DNA of 64,000 bases from the human T2T-CHM13v2.0 reference genome, Homo sapiens. The translations under genes were made by a program, and so were the position numbers. The stretch lies in NCBI RefSeq assembly GCF_009914755.1, contig NC_060941.1, one strand, 5' to 3'. This document shows positions 62,516 through 64,000 of the stretch, piece by piece. The notes below the pieces were generated by a model. It did no database searches and was not told the origin of the DNA. It saw nothing but the letters and a program-made list of their open reading frames with translations. The first letter of the stretch is position 1; each line of letters opens with the position of its first letter.

Positions 62516-62544
62516 TGTTTTGTGTGTTTGTTTGTTTTGTTCAA

Positions 62545-64000
62545 AGGGGCAGATTAGAGGCATTGCTAGCATACCTTTCCCACTTGGAGGGACGAAATAG
62601 CGTGTAGCGATTCACACTGTGAAATTTTTTTCAAGAAGCAACACAGGAACTGAACAGTAAAACTGAAGGAATTACATACCCTTTGAAGGAAGCAGGAGGC
62701 TGCAGCCCACACTGTGAGTCAGGTGAAGGCTTGCAAGTCCCCAGATTGTGAGAGAAGGAGAGACTGCCTCTGAGACATACACCCCCACTAGGGACCCTGA
62801 AAGTCCAGGCCATAGGGGAAGGCCCTAACCCCACCCAGCACAGGAACCAACTTTGGGAGGGTTGTGGAATATAAAAGTAGGAGCAGCAGTGGGAAGACCC
62901 TTGCATGCATTCCCAGATCCCAGTGCGAGCTGGGGGACAGCTATTCCTTACTGTTCTTCACAGGGGTTCCTGCAGAGGACTGCCAAAAAGTTCAGGAAGT
63001 GGTCGCAGGTTGAAAGAAGTCCCCAGCTGGGTATCATGATGATGTAACCTCAGATGGGGATGAACTCCCTTGGTCAGGGCTGGAGTGAGCGGGAGAGTGA
63101 AAAGTAGGCTGCAAGTGTAGGAGTCATGAATGGAGGAGCCAGGCGTCCAGCTTTGCAGCCGATGGGGAGGGGCGTGGCCTGAAAGCCGCAATTTCTGTCT
63201 TCACAGGGAAAGCTTATGACTCAGGGTAGTTTCAGGCTGACTGGAACTCAGCTCGCTCACAGTAGTCTGGCTCCCAGGGACTCCCACTTCTAGGGGAAGG
63301 GAGAGTGCACCACACCAAGGAAACGCCCTGTGGGACAAAATAATCTGGATGGCAGGCCTTGAACACTGGATCATTTTGCTGGTGTAGTTTCTTTCAGCAG
63401 AGGCACAGTTGCAGTGCTGGACCCAGCAGAAAAAGTCTTCAGCTCTATCCCAATAGTCAGACAGCCCTGATGCACATGAGGGGTCTTGGAGAAGAAAAAA
63501 TCTTTCCTCACTTGTCTACCACTGTATGCACAGTGGTGCTTCTTCCACAAGATCTCAGCATGAGTGCAACTATAGACAGCCTTTCTGGGATCTATCAGGG
63601 TGACTGCATCCCCACAAAAGGAGCACCCTCCAGGTTCAGGCTTGCATGAGAGACAGAGTCACAGTTCTTCTCTGCTTGGAACATCAACATTCCTACAGAT
63701 GAAAAGGGGTGCCTATCTGATGTGAGTAGCCAGAGCACTGAGACAGGAGTGTGTCTGAGAGGTGGATACCTTTCCTGCTGACCCAGCTGGGGAGCTGAAG
63801 TAGCTCCAACTCTTTCCCCTGATAAGACCTTAGTGCTACAGACTGAGGCCTCCTCCACCCACCTCTGTCAAGGTTGCAACTTCATTTATCCACCTGCTTT
63901 ATCTGCAACCAGTTCCTACCCAGGAATGAATCCTAAATCATCAAACCAGTAAATAAAACATTGAGGAAAAACAAATAAATAAAAAAAGTGCATGCCACGG
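62545..64000 (+). mobile_element. L1PB-type 5'UTR nested in the older L1 ORF2 (runs off the window)
   Basis: ggcagattagaggca...cccacttggagggac...attcacactgtgaa...ccctttgaaggaagc resembles L1PBa/PBb 5' ends. Confidence 0.75.

Overview
This is primate (almost certainly human) genomic DNA: AT-rich, CpG-depleted, with no CpG island and no recognisable protein-coding exon, so it is intergenic or intronic. Most of it is transposable-element debris. It holds about 29 Alus, MIR, L2 and old L1 fragments, about a dozen solo LTRs (MaLR, ERVL, ERV1) and several hAT/Tigger MITEs. The last 9 kb is a dense cluster: a full-length Hsmar1 mariner split by an AluY, a rare SVA2-type VNTR retroelement with a perfect 13-bp TSD, an old L1 with a young 94-bp inverted duplication in its 5'UTR and most of its endonuclease deleted, and an L1PB-type 5' end nested inside it. 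Almost all ORFs in the track are Alu, L1 or LTR artefacts. I found no evidence for a new multi-gene system. The best leads are the SVA2 element, a MER41B LTR with two intact GAS/STAT1 sites within a cluster of four ERV1 LTRs, an LTR9-type LTR with an OCT motif, the Hsmar1 copy (intact D,D34D triad and SETMAR-type splice acceptor), several template-switch or duplication scars, and one well-formed orphan 50-nt exon. Repeat subfamily names come from recalled consensus sequences, not from a search, and boundaries of old elements are approximate.
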